Below, piece after piece: positions 27,019 to 41,131 of a DNA stretch of 50,750 nucleotides. The stretch is from Peribolospora baueri (lineage: Eukaryota): positions 186,001 to 236,750 of the forward strand of contig JAMDHS010000027.1 in assembly GCA_029717555.1 (NCBI GenBank), given 5' to 3'. The position numbers and the translations under genes are program-made. Positions within the stretch are counted from its first letter, which is position 1. Each line of letters begins with the position of its first letter. The notes beneath the pieces were generated by a model. The model saw only the letters and a program-made list of their open reading frames with translations, made no database searches and was not told where the DNA came from.

Positions 27019-28144
27019 TCACGACTGCTCCTCCGTCGGCTCCGTCGGGGCGCGAGGACGCTGAAGAACTCGGAGAATCTCTGGGGTTAAAGCAGTGATA
27101 AGATCGGGAGAATGAAACAAAAGGAAGAACGAAGGACGAAAGGTCAATCTGACAACGAATGCAAAGAACATAATCTGGCGGGTGGTCTAATAGGGATAGG
27201 TTTCTCAAGACCACCTCAGTCGAGTATGACACTCACGCTGCTGGACAAGGTACTGAGACCTCGGCAGCGATTCCTCCGTTTCTCCGGGCAGCTCCTGGAT
27301 CCGGAAGCTCGCCTCGACGTAGACCTGGGTGCTATTTTTCGGACAGCAAAAGAAGTGTCATGCGCATTAGTGGATCGTTCGGATTCAGCGCAAGCTTCGT
27401 CTAACATAGTTGGAAGACGAACAAAGCGAGGGTGACCAGTCCTGTGACTCACCCCTTAGCCACGTTCTTGAGCTGGTTAACTGACGACTCGTTGAACGCG
27501 AAAACGCGATGGTACGAGGTGCTGGTCGGGCGAGGCTCTGCAAGATGCCCGTGAGCAAAGGCAAACGTACCCCGCAGGCTGGTCAGTCAAAAGCTGTTCA
27601 CTACTCCGAACCTTCAGAGCGACTCCAGCGGAAGGCAGCAGGCTAATGCCTTAGCACCCTGGCAGCTACACACGAAACGTACTCGTTCCTCTACGAGGCC
27701 CGAATAGTTATCGTCGCATCCATCCGCAAGCGCGCTCTCCGTCCATCGCTCGTCATCGCCTTGGATACTCACCTCCCTGCTCAGGAGGAGGGCCGACAGC
27801 ATCGCTTGTAGCGACGGTGTACAATGCATACTCCTTCCCGGAGCGAGACTGCTTGAAAATGGGCTCGCGCGTCAGACGGCCAATCAAGGTCATTTTGGCC
27901 AAGTCGGCGCGAGACACCGACGTAGAGCTGAAGGACTGCAACAGTGAATGAGCAGCAGGTAAATAGAAATGGGGCGAGAAGGAGGATGGCAATTTCGCGG
28001 TCGAAGAGAAAGACGCGCGGCCCCTGAAGTGAGCGACAAGGTCGACATGGAGACGCGATCAGACACCTCCAATCGCCCGACGTGGCCACTCACCCTAGCT
28101 ACGCTGGGCACCGCGAGAGCGGCGAGACGAGTTCGTGCAAACAT
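27019..28144 (-). CDS. RIM1: Mitochondrial single-stranded DNA-binding protein (SSB OB-fold), 5 exons
   Basis: Arg-rich presequence MFARTRLAALAVPSVARSFSSTSVSR, then ADLAKMTLIGRLTREP...YALYTVATSD...TSYHRVFAFNE...VAKGTQVYVEASFRI...LVQQQILRVLQRP...*. All four intron phases join correctly. Confidence 0.9.
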
Positions 28145-28402
28145 GTCAGAAGGAGGAGAGCGAAAAGAGGATGGTTGAGAGTGGAGGACAGGAGAGAATT
28201 GGGATGGTGTTAAGGTTGTATGAGGAAGACAGACAAAACCGCGCGGCGCGCAAGCGAAGCAGGCGACGCGGTAGAATGCCACTCCTTCGGCCCAACGCGG
28301 TCTAAGGCGGGGTTAATGCGGCACGGACGGCAGTCGATCACTTGTCGCCCTTGCGATGCTCATTTCGCTTTAACAACGAAATTACCAAAACGACCAGCGA
28401 CC

Positions 28403-30698
28403 ATGGCCTCTCTCGCGGACGAGCTCTTGGCCGATATGGACGCCGGCCCCGACCGGGACGAAGGCTCCGACGGCGAGCTCGAAGCTTCTTTTGCTGGTGG
28501 CAGCGGGGCCTCGAACGGCGTGGACAAAGGCAAGCGCAAGGCGGAGAATATCCTAGATGATGCGAATCTGGACGAAGAGATGGAGGAGGAGGAGAGAAGC
28601 GAGGAGGAAGACGGTGGGGAAGGGGCAGACGGGCGGGAAAAGAAAGAGGCTTTTATGACCAAGAATGCCGTGCGGCCGGCGGAAGAGCTGAATGAGGAAG
28701 ACGTCCAGGCAATGGAGCTGTGGAACGTACAGGACGTGGGGTCGGTGTCGAAGGTGGCGGGGAGCAAGAGGTTGACCGAGGTGATGAATGTGAGCCGACT
28801 CTTTTCTTGGCCTTCCAAGTAACTCCTACCGCTCCCTGCTCATGCTGTTTTTGTTCTTTCAGCAAATCGACCATTACTCCTCACTCTCTGAACCGGACAT
28901 GGCTGGGGGGGTGCTGGAAGAATCTCCCGAGTACAAACTCATCGTCGCTGCGAACAACCTGGCTGTTGACGTGGACAATGACATTATGATTATACACAAG
29001 TTCATCCGCGACCACTATTCTCCCAAGTTCCCTGAACTGGAGACGCTTATTTCGAATCCATGGGAGTACGTTCGGGCAGTCAAGGCACTAGGGAACGAGG
29101 CAGTGAGTCCGCTCTAGTCTTCTTTGCATGTTCGTCGGTGCTTATACTTATTTTGTTTGTCTCGGGCACTTTAGGACATGAGCAAGGTACCTCTAGAAGG
29201 CATCTTGCCACACGGAACTGTAGTAGTCATCTCCATGACCGCTTCCACAACCAACGGCAAGCCGCTTAGCGAGGGAGAGTGGAAAACCACGGAAATGGCG
29301 TGCAATCTTGTAGTTGATCTGGAGAACACAAGGAGGAAGGTGAGCTGTTGATCAAATCATGCCTGCAAACGCCACCCCGTTCCGGGCATGATTCTCGCCG
29401 CTTTTCAAGTCGACCGAGAGACTGATGACTATTTACCTTACTTGACCTCCCACAGATTCTTGAGTACGTGGAGTCGCGCATGTCGTACCTTGCACCAAAC
29501 TTGTCCGCCATCGTCGGCACTCGGACGGCTACGAAGCTTCTTGGCGTGGCTGGTGGTCTAACGGGTCTGAGCAAGATGCCGGCGGACAACATTTTCGTGA
29601 GTGCCCCACTCTCGCGGACATTAACCGAACGTTCACTGATTGATCCTTGCAAATTTTCTTCATTCTCTATTTTGATAATGTGGTGAAAACAGCTGCTCGG
29701 AGCTCAAAAGAAGGCAGTCACGGGCCTGATCTCCGCTCAACCTGCCCGCCGCGTGGGGTTCATCTACCAGTCCGAGCTCGTCCAGTCCCAGCCAGAAGAA
29801 TTCCGACAAAAGGGCCAGCGCATGGTGGCCGCTAAATGCGTGCTTGCAGCTCGGATGGACCTTCTGCACCAATACCGAGACGGAAGCTATGGACAGAAGC
29901 TTAAGGCCGAGCTCGATAAGCGGTTCGAGAAGCTCGCCGAGCCGCCGCCGCCCAAGCTCGTCAAAGCCTTACCCGTTCCAGACGAAGGCCCGAAAAAGCG
30001 TCGTGGTGGAAAGCGGTGAGTGGTTTATTTTCTGCGCCAGTCTTAGCGCACGGGGTCGTTCAAACTTCATCTCGACATGCCACGCAGTGTGCGTAAAGCC
30101 AAAGAAGCGTACGGGATGACCGAGTTGCGCAAGCTGCAGAACCGTATGGCCTTCGGCGAGCCGGAGGAAGAGACAGGTGCGCTGGACGAGACGCGCGGCT
30201 TGGGCATGATCGGCTCTGCTTCCGGCCGGTTAAGAGCGGGGATGGGCGAGGCGAGGAGCAAAGGTGCGTCCATAGATATTCGAGCACAATCCGTAGACCG
30301 CGAACTCAGCGACTTGTTGGAGATGGTCCGATTCAATCCTCTGACGTCTGTCCCTTTTTTCTGCTCATCTCGTCCAATCTTCGCTTCCCGCAGCAAAAAT
30401 GTCCAAGATGAACAAGAACCGACTCGCCCAACTGCGTGTCGCTTCGTCCTCGCGGTCCGGAACTGCCACAGCCGGTACAGCGTCTTCGCTTGCCTTCACT
30501 CCTGTGCAGGGCATCGAGCTCGTGGACCCTTCACGACAGCAGCAGCAGAAAGTAGCCGATGCCAACGCCAAATGGTTCCAGCAGGGCCAGTTCAGCTTCG
30601 TACCTAGTGCGCCTAAGGGCACGAAAGAGCTGCCCGGCTCGAGGCCGCCGGTGCCGAGGTTCCCTGAGGGAGGTTCTGGGTCTGGGTCGGGGAAGTGA
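28403..30698 (+). CDS. PRP31: U4/U6 snRNP protein Prp31 (NOSIC/Nop domain)
   Basis: [116 protein letters not shown]. Confidence 0.96.
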
Positions 30699-30842
30699 AG
30701 GAGTTCGAAAGGGGGATGTTTTGTCTTATATGTTGGTTGCATGTGTAAGATTGCAATGAGCGGTGGATGCGGTTGTTACGATGCATGACTATGCAAGCGA
30801 GAGATAGATGTAACGTCGACATCAAACAGGAGGTCATGTCTA

Positions 30843-31730
30843 TCAATCACACCTTCCGTCCTCAGGGCCATCCCTCCACCTCTCATCCAGCTTTCCGATC
30901 TGACAAGGGAACTCCGGCTTTCCCAGCCGCCTGTTCACTTCATTGTGGGTCTCGCAGAACCATTTTGCCACTGCCTCCCTGCTCTTCACTGACTGAAGCA
31001 GTTTCTCCTCCCCCTGCCGCTCCAGCTCTTCCTGTAGGTGGGTCCGACAATGGTCGCAAGGGTAGAAAGCGCTCAAAGCCGTTATGAGACCGAGCATCGT
31101 TCGCTGCTGCCCATTTGTGGGCGTGTCCGGGAAGTAGGCGGCAGTGGTGTGAAGGAACGTCCAAGTGGACCGACCGAGCTCTTCGACGTCTGGAGGGCAC
31201 TCGCGCCTACGACGCTCCGTCTCTCGAAGCTCCTCCAGCTCCGACCGGACGCTGCCCCCTTCGTGTTCTTCCGTCGTAGAATTGGCGAGTGCTGCGTCCG
31301 CAGCGAGGAACGCTGCAACGCCACCCGCGGCAGGTCCCATTGCCGTCGCCCGACGCTTCCCGCCTTGACCTTCTTCCGCTTCACCGCTGGCCTTGCTGAC
31401 TTGGGACTTGGCAAAATCCTTCCAGGAGGAGCACACGCGGCAGGGTTTGCCATCGGGTCCTATCACGGTGCCTTTGGGCGGCGTGCGTCGCGGCTTGGGC
31501 GGCTTTTCTTGCTCTGCGGTAACGCTAGGACGGACGTCCGAGGAAGACGGAGGAACTGGAGTTGCCGGGATCGGAGACGACAGCGTGGCGGCGTACGGAT
31601 GGGACGTAGTGGTGGGAGAAGACAGAGGGAGACTGGACCGGAACCAGGCCGCCCATGAAGAACGCGTCCTCCCAGGCCTGGAACGGTCGTATAGAGGACG
31701 CTCGGTGGCGCTGATGATACAAGGGTTCAT
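30843..31730 (-). CDS. ERV1: Mitochondrial FAD-linked sulfhydryl oxidase Erv1/ALR
   Basis: Shuttle GPDGKPCRVC; CPPDVEELGRSTWTFLHT; redox FYPCDHC; WFCETHNEVNRRLGKPEFPC; ERWRDG. Single open frame; the start at 31730 is the only in-frame ATG upstream of the shuttle motif and is uncertain. Confidence 0.93.
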   Translation of the reverse strand: MNPCIISATERPLYDRSRPGRTRSSWAAWFRSSLPLSSPTTTSHPYAATLSSPIPATPVPPSSSDVRPSVTAEQEKPPKPRRTPPKGTVIGPDGKPCRVCSSWKDFAKSQVSKASGEAEEGQGGKRRATAMGPAAGGVAAFLAADAALANSTTEEHEGGSVRSELEELRETERRRRECPPDVEELGRSTWTFLHTTAAYFPDTPTNGQQRTMLGLITALSAFYPCDHCRTHLQEELERQGEEKLLQSVKSREAVAKWFCETHNEVNRRLGKPEFPCQIGKLDERWRDGPEDGRCD

Positions 31731-32038
31731 GACTGATTCTGCTGCCTGCCGCAACAGCAACAAGCAAACGGCGATGGATTGCGACGTGGTTGATTGTGCG
31801 AGATGATCGCCCTTCGGCCGAAAGGCGAGCGGCTCTGCCGCAGCAATTATTAAATGACGGGCTGCACGCGCCGATCGATCGACATGAGGAAGGCGACGAG
31901 TCGATTCGATTCGGCCTGGAAGGGAAGTCATTCGTCGTCGCCCGCTGAGTCTCTCGACAGTCAACAACAATACTGTCCACCATTCACCACTTTTGTTCTT
32001 TGTCTCGGATCGCGCAGCAACGGATTTAAATTGCGCTC

Positions 32039-35025
32039 ATGCGGGAGCGCACCCCCGACGCCGCGTCGTCCTCTTCCGCTCGACCCCACGGCCCTATCAA
32101 CACACGCCTAGGAGCGTCGCGGGAGACCGAGAGCTCTCCGTTGCTCGGCCATCATGGCGTCAATGATGGGGAGTGCAATGGGCAAATAAAAGGAGGTGGA
32201 CCGGAGGGGATAGAGGCTGAGGGTGGGAGGGGCAGGCGGATAGTGCACAAAGTGAAGAAACTCCGCAAGCCGAGCGGCCATCAGATGGTCGTCGTCGCTG
32301 GCATGGCCAACCTTGGAGCTGCGATGGCGGTGACGAGCACGATCAAGGTAAGCGGCTATTTTATGGTCTTTGCGCTGTTTTACTCGAGCCGTCGCTGAGT
32401 CGCCTAGGTCATCTTATGGCGGACTTATTACAGGTTTACCAGGCTCTCATGTGCGACATTTACAATCGCCATTACGCCTCGAATCCCACCATGACCCTCT
32501 TGTATTCATCTCTGCTGGCCTCACATTCTTTCATTCCAGATGAGCCGCTGCCATACGAGCGGTGTGTATCGCTCCTCACTTTGGCCTCCTTTGCGACGCG
32601 AAAGCCGACAATTACTTGGCATCTTGGCCTTCCCTCCGGGACGCAGGCACCCCGACAACTGTAACACGCCTCCGGTGGCCAAGCTTGTTTCATCCTACCT
32701 CGCCATTATTACCACCATATCGAACATCCTCAGCGTAGCCTCTTTGGGCGCACTCACTCGTGTCTCCAACCGATGGGGTCGTAAGCCGGTCATCGCCCTC
32801 TGCTTGACGCTCGTGCTGATCGAGCAACTTGGCTTCCGCCTTTCGCGTGAGTTTGCCGGTCTCGATTATCAGCCGGGTTTGTTCGAGCGCTGATCCGGTC
32901 GGCTCCCTACAGTTCCCATTGGAGACTATTTCGGGGCCATCCTGCTTGCGTTTGCCGCTGTGAGCAATCCCCGACGAGAGCCCATTGTCGGTCATAGCTG
33001 ATCAGACATCTTCACCACCTCCAGATCATCGGCGATGCGGCTCTCAGTGCCGGTCTTAACCTTGGCATAGAGCAATACGTCGTCGATACGACGCCTGCAG
33101 CCAAGAGGTGATTGTGGCCTTTCAGCTCGGTGCACAGTCATTTGTTCCCTCTGATCGCTCCTCCCATTTATATTCATTCAGGTCCTCAGTCCTGAGTTTC
33201 ATCACTGGAACAGGACTCGTCGGCGGTGCACCGGCCACAGCGCTGTGCGTCACATATGTTCTTCCAGCCCAGTTGGCAAAGTCGCAGTCATTCTCCGGAT
33301 CCGCTAGTTGATTCCATTCCCCCCTCTTGATCCGCGTCTTCCTTGCCCTTTATTCACCCTCTCGCAGAGGAGGCTGGACTGCGGCACTCAGTCAGAACTT
33401 CTTTACTCCGTTCTATATTGCTATGAGCTGCGTGGCCTTTACCCTCGCCTGGACCATCTTCATCGTGCCAGAGTCCCTCCGGCGTGAGCCATCGCTGCAT
33501 GCCAGCACACCCACGTCTGACGGCGACGAATCCCGACGCTGCACCAGCGAAACGCCTTACGACACGCCCGACGACTCTCGACCTACCTCCCCGCCTCCCT
33601 CACGTTTACCTTCGCATGGCCCGTCCGCACAGGCACGGTTGCGGCGGCTGTTCAACGCCCTCAACGTCCTCGAGCCGCTTTCGATCTTTATCCCGCGTCC
33701 GCGAGTGGAATCCGGCGTGGCATCCATGGGATACGGCTACGCCGTGCAAAGACGAAGCTGGCGCCTGCCACTTCTCGGCATCATCGCCTTCTTCGAAGCC
33801 CTAGCAACCGGTTTCCTGCCTCAACTTTTACAGATGTACGGCACCACACGGTTTGGCTATGGCCCGAAGGAGAACGGGTATTTGCTTTTCACGCTCATGG
33901 CTACCAGGGCGGCATTTCTCAGCCTGGTATTTCCAGTTTTGATTAGTTGGGTTAGACGGTCGGTCAGTCGAAGACTGGGAAAGTCTGGCAAAGACAAGGA
34001 GGAGGACGGTCAACGCAAGTACCTTCGCTCCATTCCGAGCGACGAGGATCCCGACGACGAGGATACGACTGAGACGGATGGAACGGACGAGGACGGGGCC
34101 GACAACAGCGAAAATGACTACGACGACGACGACGAGCGGGCGAGTGCGCAAGATACCCAAACAACTCCGGACAGGCTCGACAAGGTGGATGTATCCGTCC
34201 TCGTCGTGGGCTTTGCCTGCGACGTCGTTTCCTTTTTGCTCATTGCCTTGGCTGGCGGATGGGCGGGATTGATAGTCGGTGCGTGTTATGGTCGTGTGGC
34301 CCTTTTCTTTCTTGTCTTCGCTGGAAGGTGGTAGGCGGACGGGATACACTCTGACCCTTTTCCCCCCTCCATTTCCCTTCTTTTCCTCTGCCTCATACAA
34401 TACCCAGGTATCGTGATATTTGCCGGAGGTGGTCCATGCATGCCCGTACGCACAGCGCTGATCTCCAGTAGCGTGGAGGATCATGAGCGAAGTAGGTCCC
34501 GCATATTGCCGTCGGACCGTGCGGTCTGGTCCCTTCCAGTGTCTATGCTTCCCACATGGAGACAGACGAGTCCTTACCTGTCCGTTTTTCATTCTCTTTG
34601 CCTCCCCTTCTTCCGCACTCAGGTCGCGCTATCGCCGCCAACCGCATCATTTGGACCCTGGCAACTGCTATCACGCCTCTCATCTCCAGCTCGATATACA
34701 GCCTCGGTCTCAGTCTTGGCGCTCCAAAGTGAGTGGTCTTCCATTTTTTTTTCATTACGACGTGGCCCCGCAAGGAGGACTCCCGATTCGCCCAAGGGAC
34801 GTGGGCTGATCTCCCATCTTTCATTTTGGCTTATCTGAAATCTTCTTAGCGTCGTCTGGCTGTATTGTGCCGTGAGCCACGTTTCGTGTTCACTATAGCA
34901 CGCTGTCTAACCTGCTAGACATTTACTGAACCCTTCCACTCCGTCCCTTTCGTTTTTGTGGGCAGGGATGCTGTGCGATATCGGCCCTGGCATCGTTTTC
35001 ATTGCTCGCTTTCGCCAGATTGTGA
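32039..35025 (+). CDS. Major facilitator superfamily transporter (SLC46/tetracycline-efflux-like fungal group)
   Basis: N-terminal dileucine-type ETESSPLL; motif-A-like LTRVSNRWGRKPVI; WTIFIVPESL; FGYGPKENGYLL; EDHERSRAIAA; a 22-nt exon at 34850-34871; last exon GCCAISALASFSLLAFARL*. Substrate unknown. Confidence 0.82.
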
Positions 35026-35181
35026 TCTGGTCACGAGTTGGTCGTGTCTGAATCAAGGGGCGAGGTCTCGTGACCTTTGCTATCTCATTTGCTCTCTTAT
35101 TTTCCGATGGATGGAGATCTCTCGAGTGGGCCGGTAGAGGTTCTTGACTCTTCAAGACTTTTCGCACGTAGTCGATTTGGT

Positions 35182-36751
35182 CCTCTAGCGCGCCGCTGTG
35201 GAAGGATCGCCGCCGCCCTAGCAGCAAAGAGACGCCGGTCGCAGCGATCCCGTCCTCCGTCGCCTCCCTCACGTACACTCCCGCATTATCTAAGCGGCAA
35301 GAGATCCGCCCTGTCCCGGTCAGCTCGTTCAAAAAACTCGTGTGTGCCGCCCACCGCGCCGCGCCGACTTCAGTGGCGTGAGATCGAGCCTCTCCGTGCG
35401 CGCCGGATGCACCTGATCATTCTCGACATCAGATGTGGCCGAAGGGCGCTCAATGGCCGTAGTGAATGGCATGTATGTTACGTCCGACGCACTTTCGGCC
35501 GCCGAGACCTGGCCGCTTCCGCGGCGGGCGGCGGGCGGCGGGCGGCGGGTGCGCGCAAGAGAGAGAAAGAGAGAGGACTTGTTTCCTCAGTGTTCGTGGC
35601 GAGGCGGCCGGGCGAACCGGCGGCCGCCTATGTACTTTACATGGAAGGTCAAGCGCACCGCCGAACAAAGGACCGGCAGAGCAAACAACACACGGTTAAC
35701 CTCGGTGACTGGCGATGCTGGCCATTTCGCACATCGTCTCGTCGTCCCCAGCCTTGACTCTGACTGTCCCTTCCGTCCGTGACGGCCGTACGAGGAGAAA
35801 CGAACGGACGGGTCAGCCCTGCCTTTTGGATGCCCGAAAGGCTTGGCTTTGGCTGAGATGCCCGCTCGCAGATTCCAAAGGGAACCGGAGCTCACCGAGC
35901 GTTCACCACCACGAGCGCCAACCGCGCATCCCATCGCAGTCTATCGTCGCACATACCGTCTTGTAGTTCGCATTCTCACGGCCGCACTTCTTGCATTTCC
36001 ATCCGTTCACCGGGGGAGGGGCGACGCCGATGCTCATCAAGGATCGGGGAGGGAGGCAAGGCAGAAGAAGAAGAAGAGAAGGCTTCGCTGTGGCGTTTAG
36101 GAGCTGCGAGAGCGAGACGACGTCTTGCCTCCCCGTTCTCTGCTCGCAAATGCTTTATATACTTTCCAGACTAGTCAAGCGGTCCGAGGAACAAAGGAGT
36201 GTGCGCCGTGGAGCGTGGAGCGAAACAATAGCGAACTTCGGTCTGCGCGAGGTTGTGCCAGTCAGTCGAGCTAACCTCGTCATGCGAAGCCCATCCATCC
36301 TGCCGGCCGTGCGGGGATGACTTAAAGGAGCCAGCAAGGCCGGGCCTAAGTTCCGTCTCTGCTTTCCCTGGCAGTGAGAGGTGGATGGGATGGAGAGCGC
36401 TCCATCGCGTCGCGGCCGGAAGAACGGCGCCCACTAGCGGAGGAAGTAGTAGTCCGACATCCTTCGCATTTCTGCGCGCTCGTCGAGGCTATCGACACTT
36501 CTCATCGTCCGACGCGGTTGCCGGCCCGATGGGTGACAGGACAGTGATGGGAGAGGAGGCAATAGGTTCTATCTACGCCGAGGGGACACGGATTCCATAC
36601 GGTCTCCAAATCTATGATAGGGCGCGTGCACGCGTAACAACCCCAAAACCTTGACTACGAGCACGAGGAGACAGAACGAGACAGAGAAAGGAGCGGAGGT
36701 ATCGACCGAATAGGAACGGTCTGGAAGATGTCAGCGGCGCGCGCTGAGAGG
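35182..36751 (+). ncRNA. Candidate large (~1.6 kb) structured non-coding RNA, class unassigned
   Basis: Nested long-range helices: 35188-35198/36732-36742 (11 bp), 35236-35259/36694-36708, 35324-35330/36674-36680, 35580-35599/36655-36673 (19 bp, 1 bulge, 3 G-U), 35929-35937/36544-36552, 35983-35992/36194-36203, 36051-36062/36122-36133, 36290-36299/36380-36389. Wobbles are G-U on the + strand. No credible protein. Confidence 0.6.
35521..35549. repeat. (GCGGCGG)4 G-rich tandem repeat
   Basis: gcggcgggcggcgggcggcgggcggcggg read directly; partly complementary to the C-rich tract at 35347-35366. Confidence 0.8.
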
Positions 36752-36806
36752 GCATATGTGGCCTTATGCGAGCGGGACAACGAAAAAGAGCAGGAAATGG
36801 GGTTTC

Positions 36807-39903
<3,097 letters not shown>

Positions 39904-40168
39904 GATGGGCAGTCCAGATGAGGTTGTACTATAGCAAAGTAGAGAGATGGTCGTTCGTCCGTTCGTTCACTGGTCGTCGTCGTCGTCGCCTTCGGTCCTT
40001 TCTTATCCTGCCTTGCTTAGCCTCCGCTCTCCGCACGCCAGCTGCCAACTCGCTGCGGCCCCGGACGGGAACGGGTGAGTTGCGGCAATTGGCACAGACC
40101 AACGTTCATCCTGGCCCGAAGCCAAGGAGGCGGCTCTCACGACGATCTCTCGCTTTCACACTTTGAAC

Positions 40169-41131
40169 ATGGACGGCGACGTCTCCATTACACCCCGTCA
40201 GTCCCTTCACTCCAACATCCGTACATCCATATCGCTCTCCGACGCCCTTCGCTCTGCCGCTGCCTCGCTCACAGACAACGAGTCAAGCTGCGATGTATAC
40301 CTCTTGCACCGGCTACCCCCACAGGTTTTCGCAGACCCGTACCAGCTTTCGGACATCTACTCTGTCTCCTCGCCTTCATCTTTGGCGTCGCATGAATATG
40401 CCTCTGGGAGCATACGATATTTTATTTATGAGGGGCAGGTTGAGCTCGAGAAGCCTTGGGGTGGGGATGACGAGGGGATCCCGACTAGAAGGGAGCGGAT
40501 GGCAGACGGGGCGGGCACCAAAGTGCTCCTTCGACTCGACCCGGACTTGATAAAGACGCGAGCGCCTGTGGTTGCTGAACTCCCCATCCACGCCCGGTAC
40601 TTGCCACCTGTCCTCCGTATTCGCGGTGCGCTGAACAATCGAGGAGTCGTAGATGACATGTTGGTGAACGTGGAAATTCCGCGCCCCGAACTGGTGTCCG
40701 CATGCGTTTCTGGCCATGAAGGACCCTCCTCCTGGTCTCCACTTGGAGGTGAGTATTTTTCGTCTGACCCCTTCTATCTGACAGACAGCATCAATAATGC
40801 TCATACAATTTGTCACATCCTTTCTCTGCCTTTTGTCCATCTCGCAATGACTGCACCAGAGCCGATCGTTCTCGGATCCTCCTCTCAACTCATTTTTACT
40901 CTACCAACTGGAGACCTTTCTCATCTCCCATTCGTCCAGCTCGTCACTGCACTAGTCGCGCTCCTCTGCGCGGGCTGGATGGCTCTCGTTGCTTGGAAAG
41001 CCGTGTCGGCCCTGGACGCGGCAGGAGGCGAAAGTAAGGAGGAGAATACTTGTGCTGATGGCAACGCAACGCGGGTATCGGTCCAGTCGGATGACTTTCG
41101 GAGACGGCCACCAAGAACTGGAGGTCGTTGA
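40169..41131 (+). CDS. PIG-X/Pbn1 family subunit of GPI mannosyltransferase I
   Basis: SLHSNI...CDVYLLHRLPPQVFADPYQL...VELEKP...ELPIHARYLPP...LPTGDLSHLPFVQLVT followed by a C-terminal TM helix; probable intron 40749-40859. Confidence 0.8.
   Translation: MDGDVSITPRQSLHSNIRTSISLSDALRSAAASLTDNESSCDVYLLHRLPPQVFADPYQLSDIYSVSSPSSLASHEYASGSIRYFIYEGQVELEKPWGGDDEGIPTRRERMADGAGTKVLLRLDPDLIKTRAPVVAELPIHARYLPPVLRIRGALNNRGVVDDMLVNVEIPRPELVSACVSGHEGPSSWSPLGGEYFSSDPFYLTDSINNAHTICHILSLPFVHLAMTAPEPIVLGSSSQLIFTLPTGDLSHLPFVQLVTALVALLCAGWMALVAWKAVSALDAAGGESKEENTCADGNATRVSVQSDDFRRRPPRTGGR

Noticed and set aside
35821..35860. U2 snRNA-like GCCTTTTGG...TTTGGCTGAGAT
   Set aside because: Lacks the invariant branch-pairing GTGTAGTA and an Sm site.
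36163..36455. Group I intron core-like motifs (CAGACTA at 36167-36173; GAAGTAGTAGTCC at 36443-36455)
   Set aside because: P7 would have a C-C mismatch, the required P3-P7 topology conflicts with the strong 35965-35992/36194-36237 arm, and no host rRNA exons flank it.
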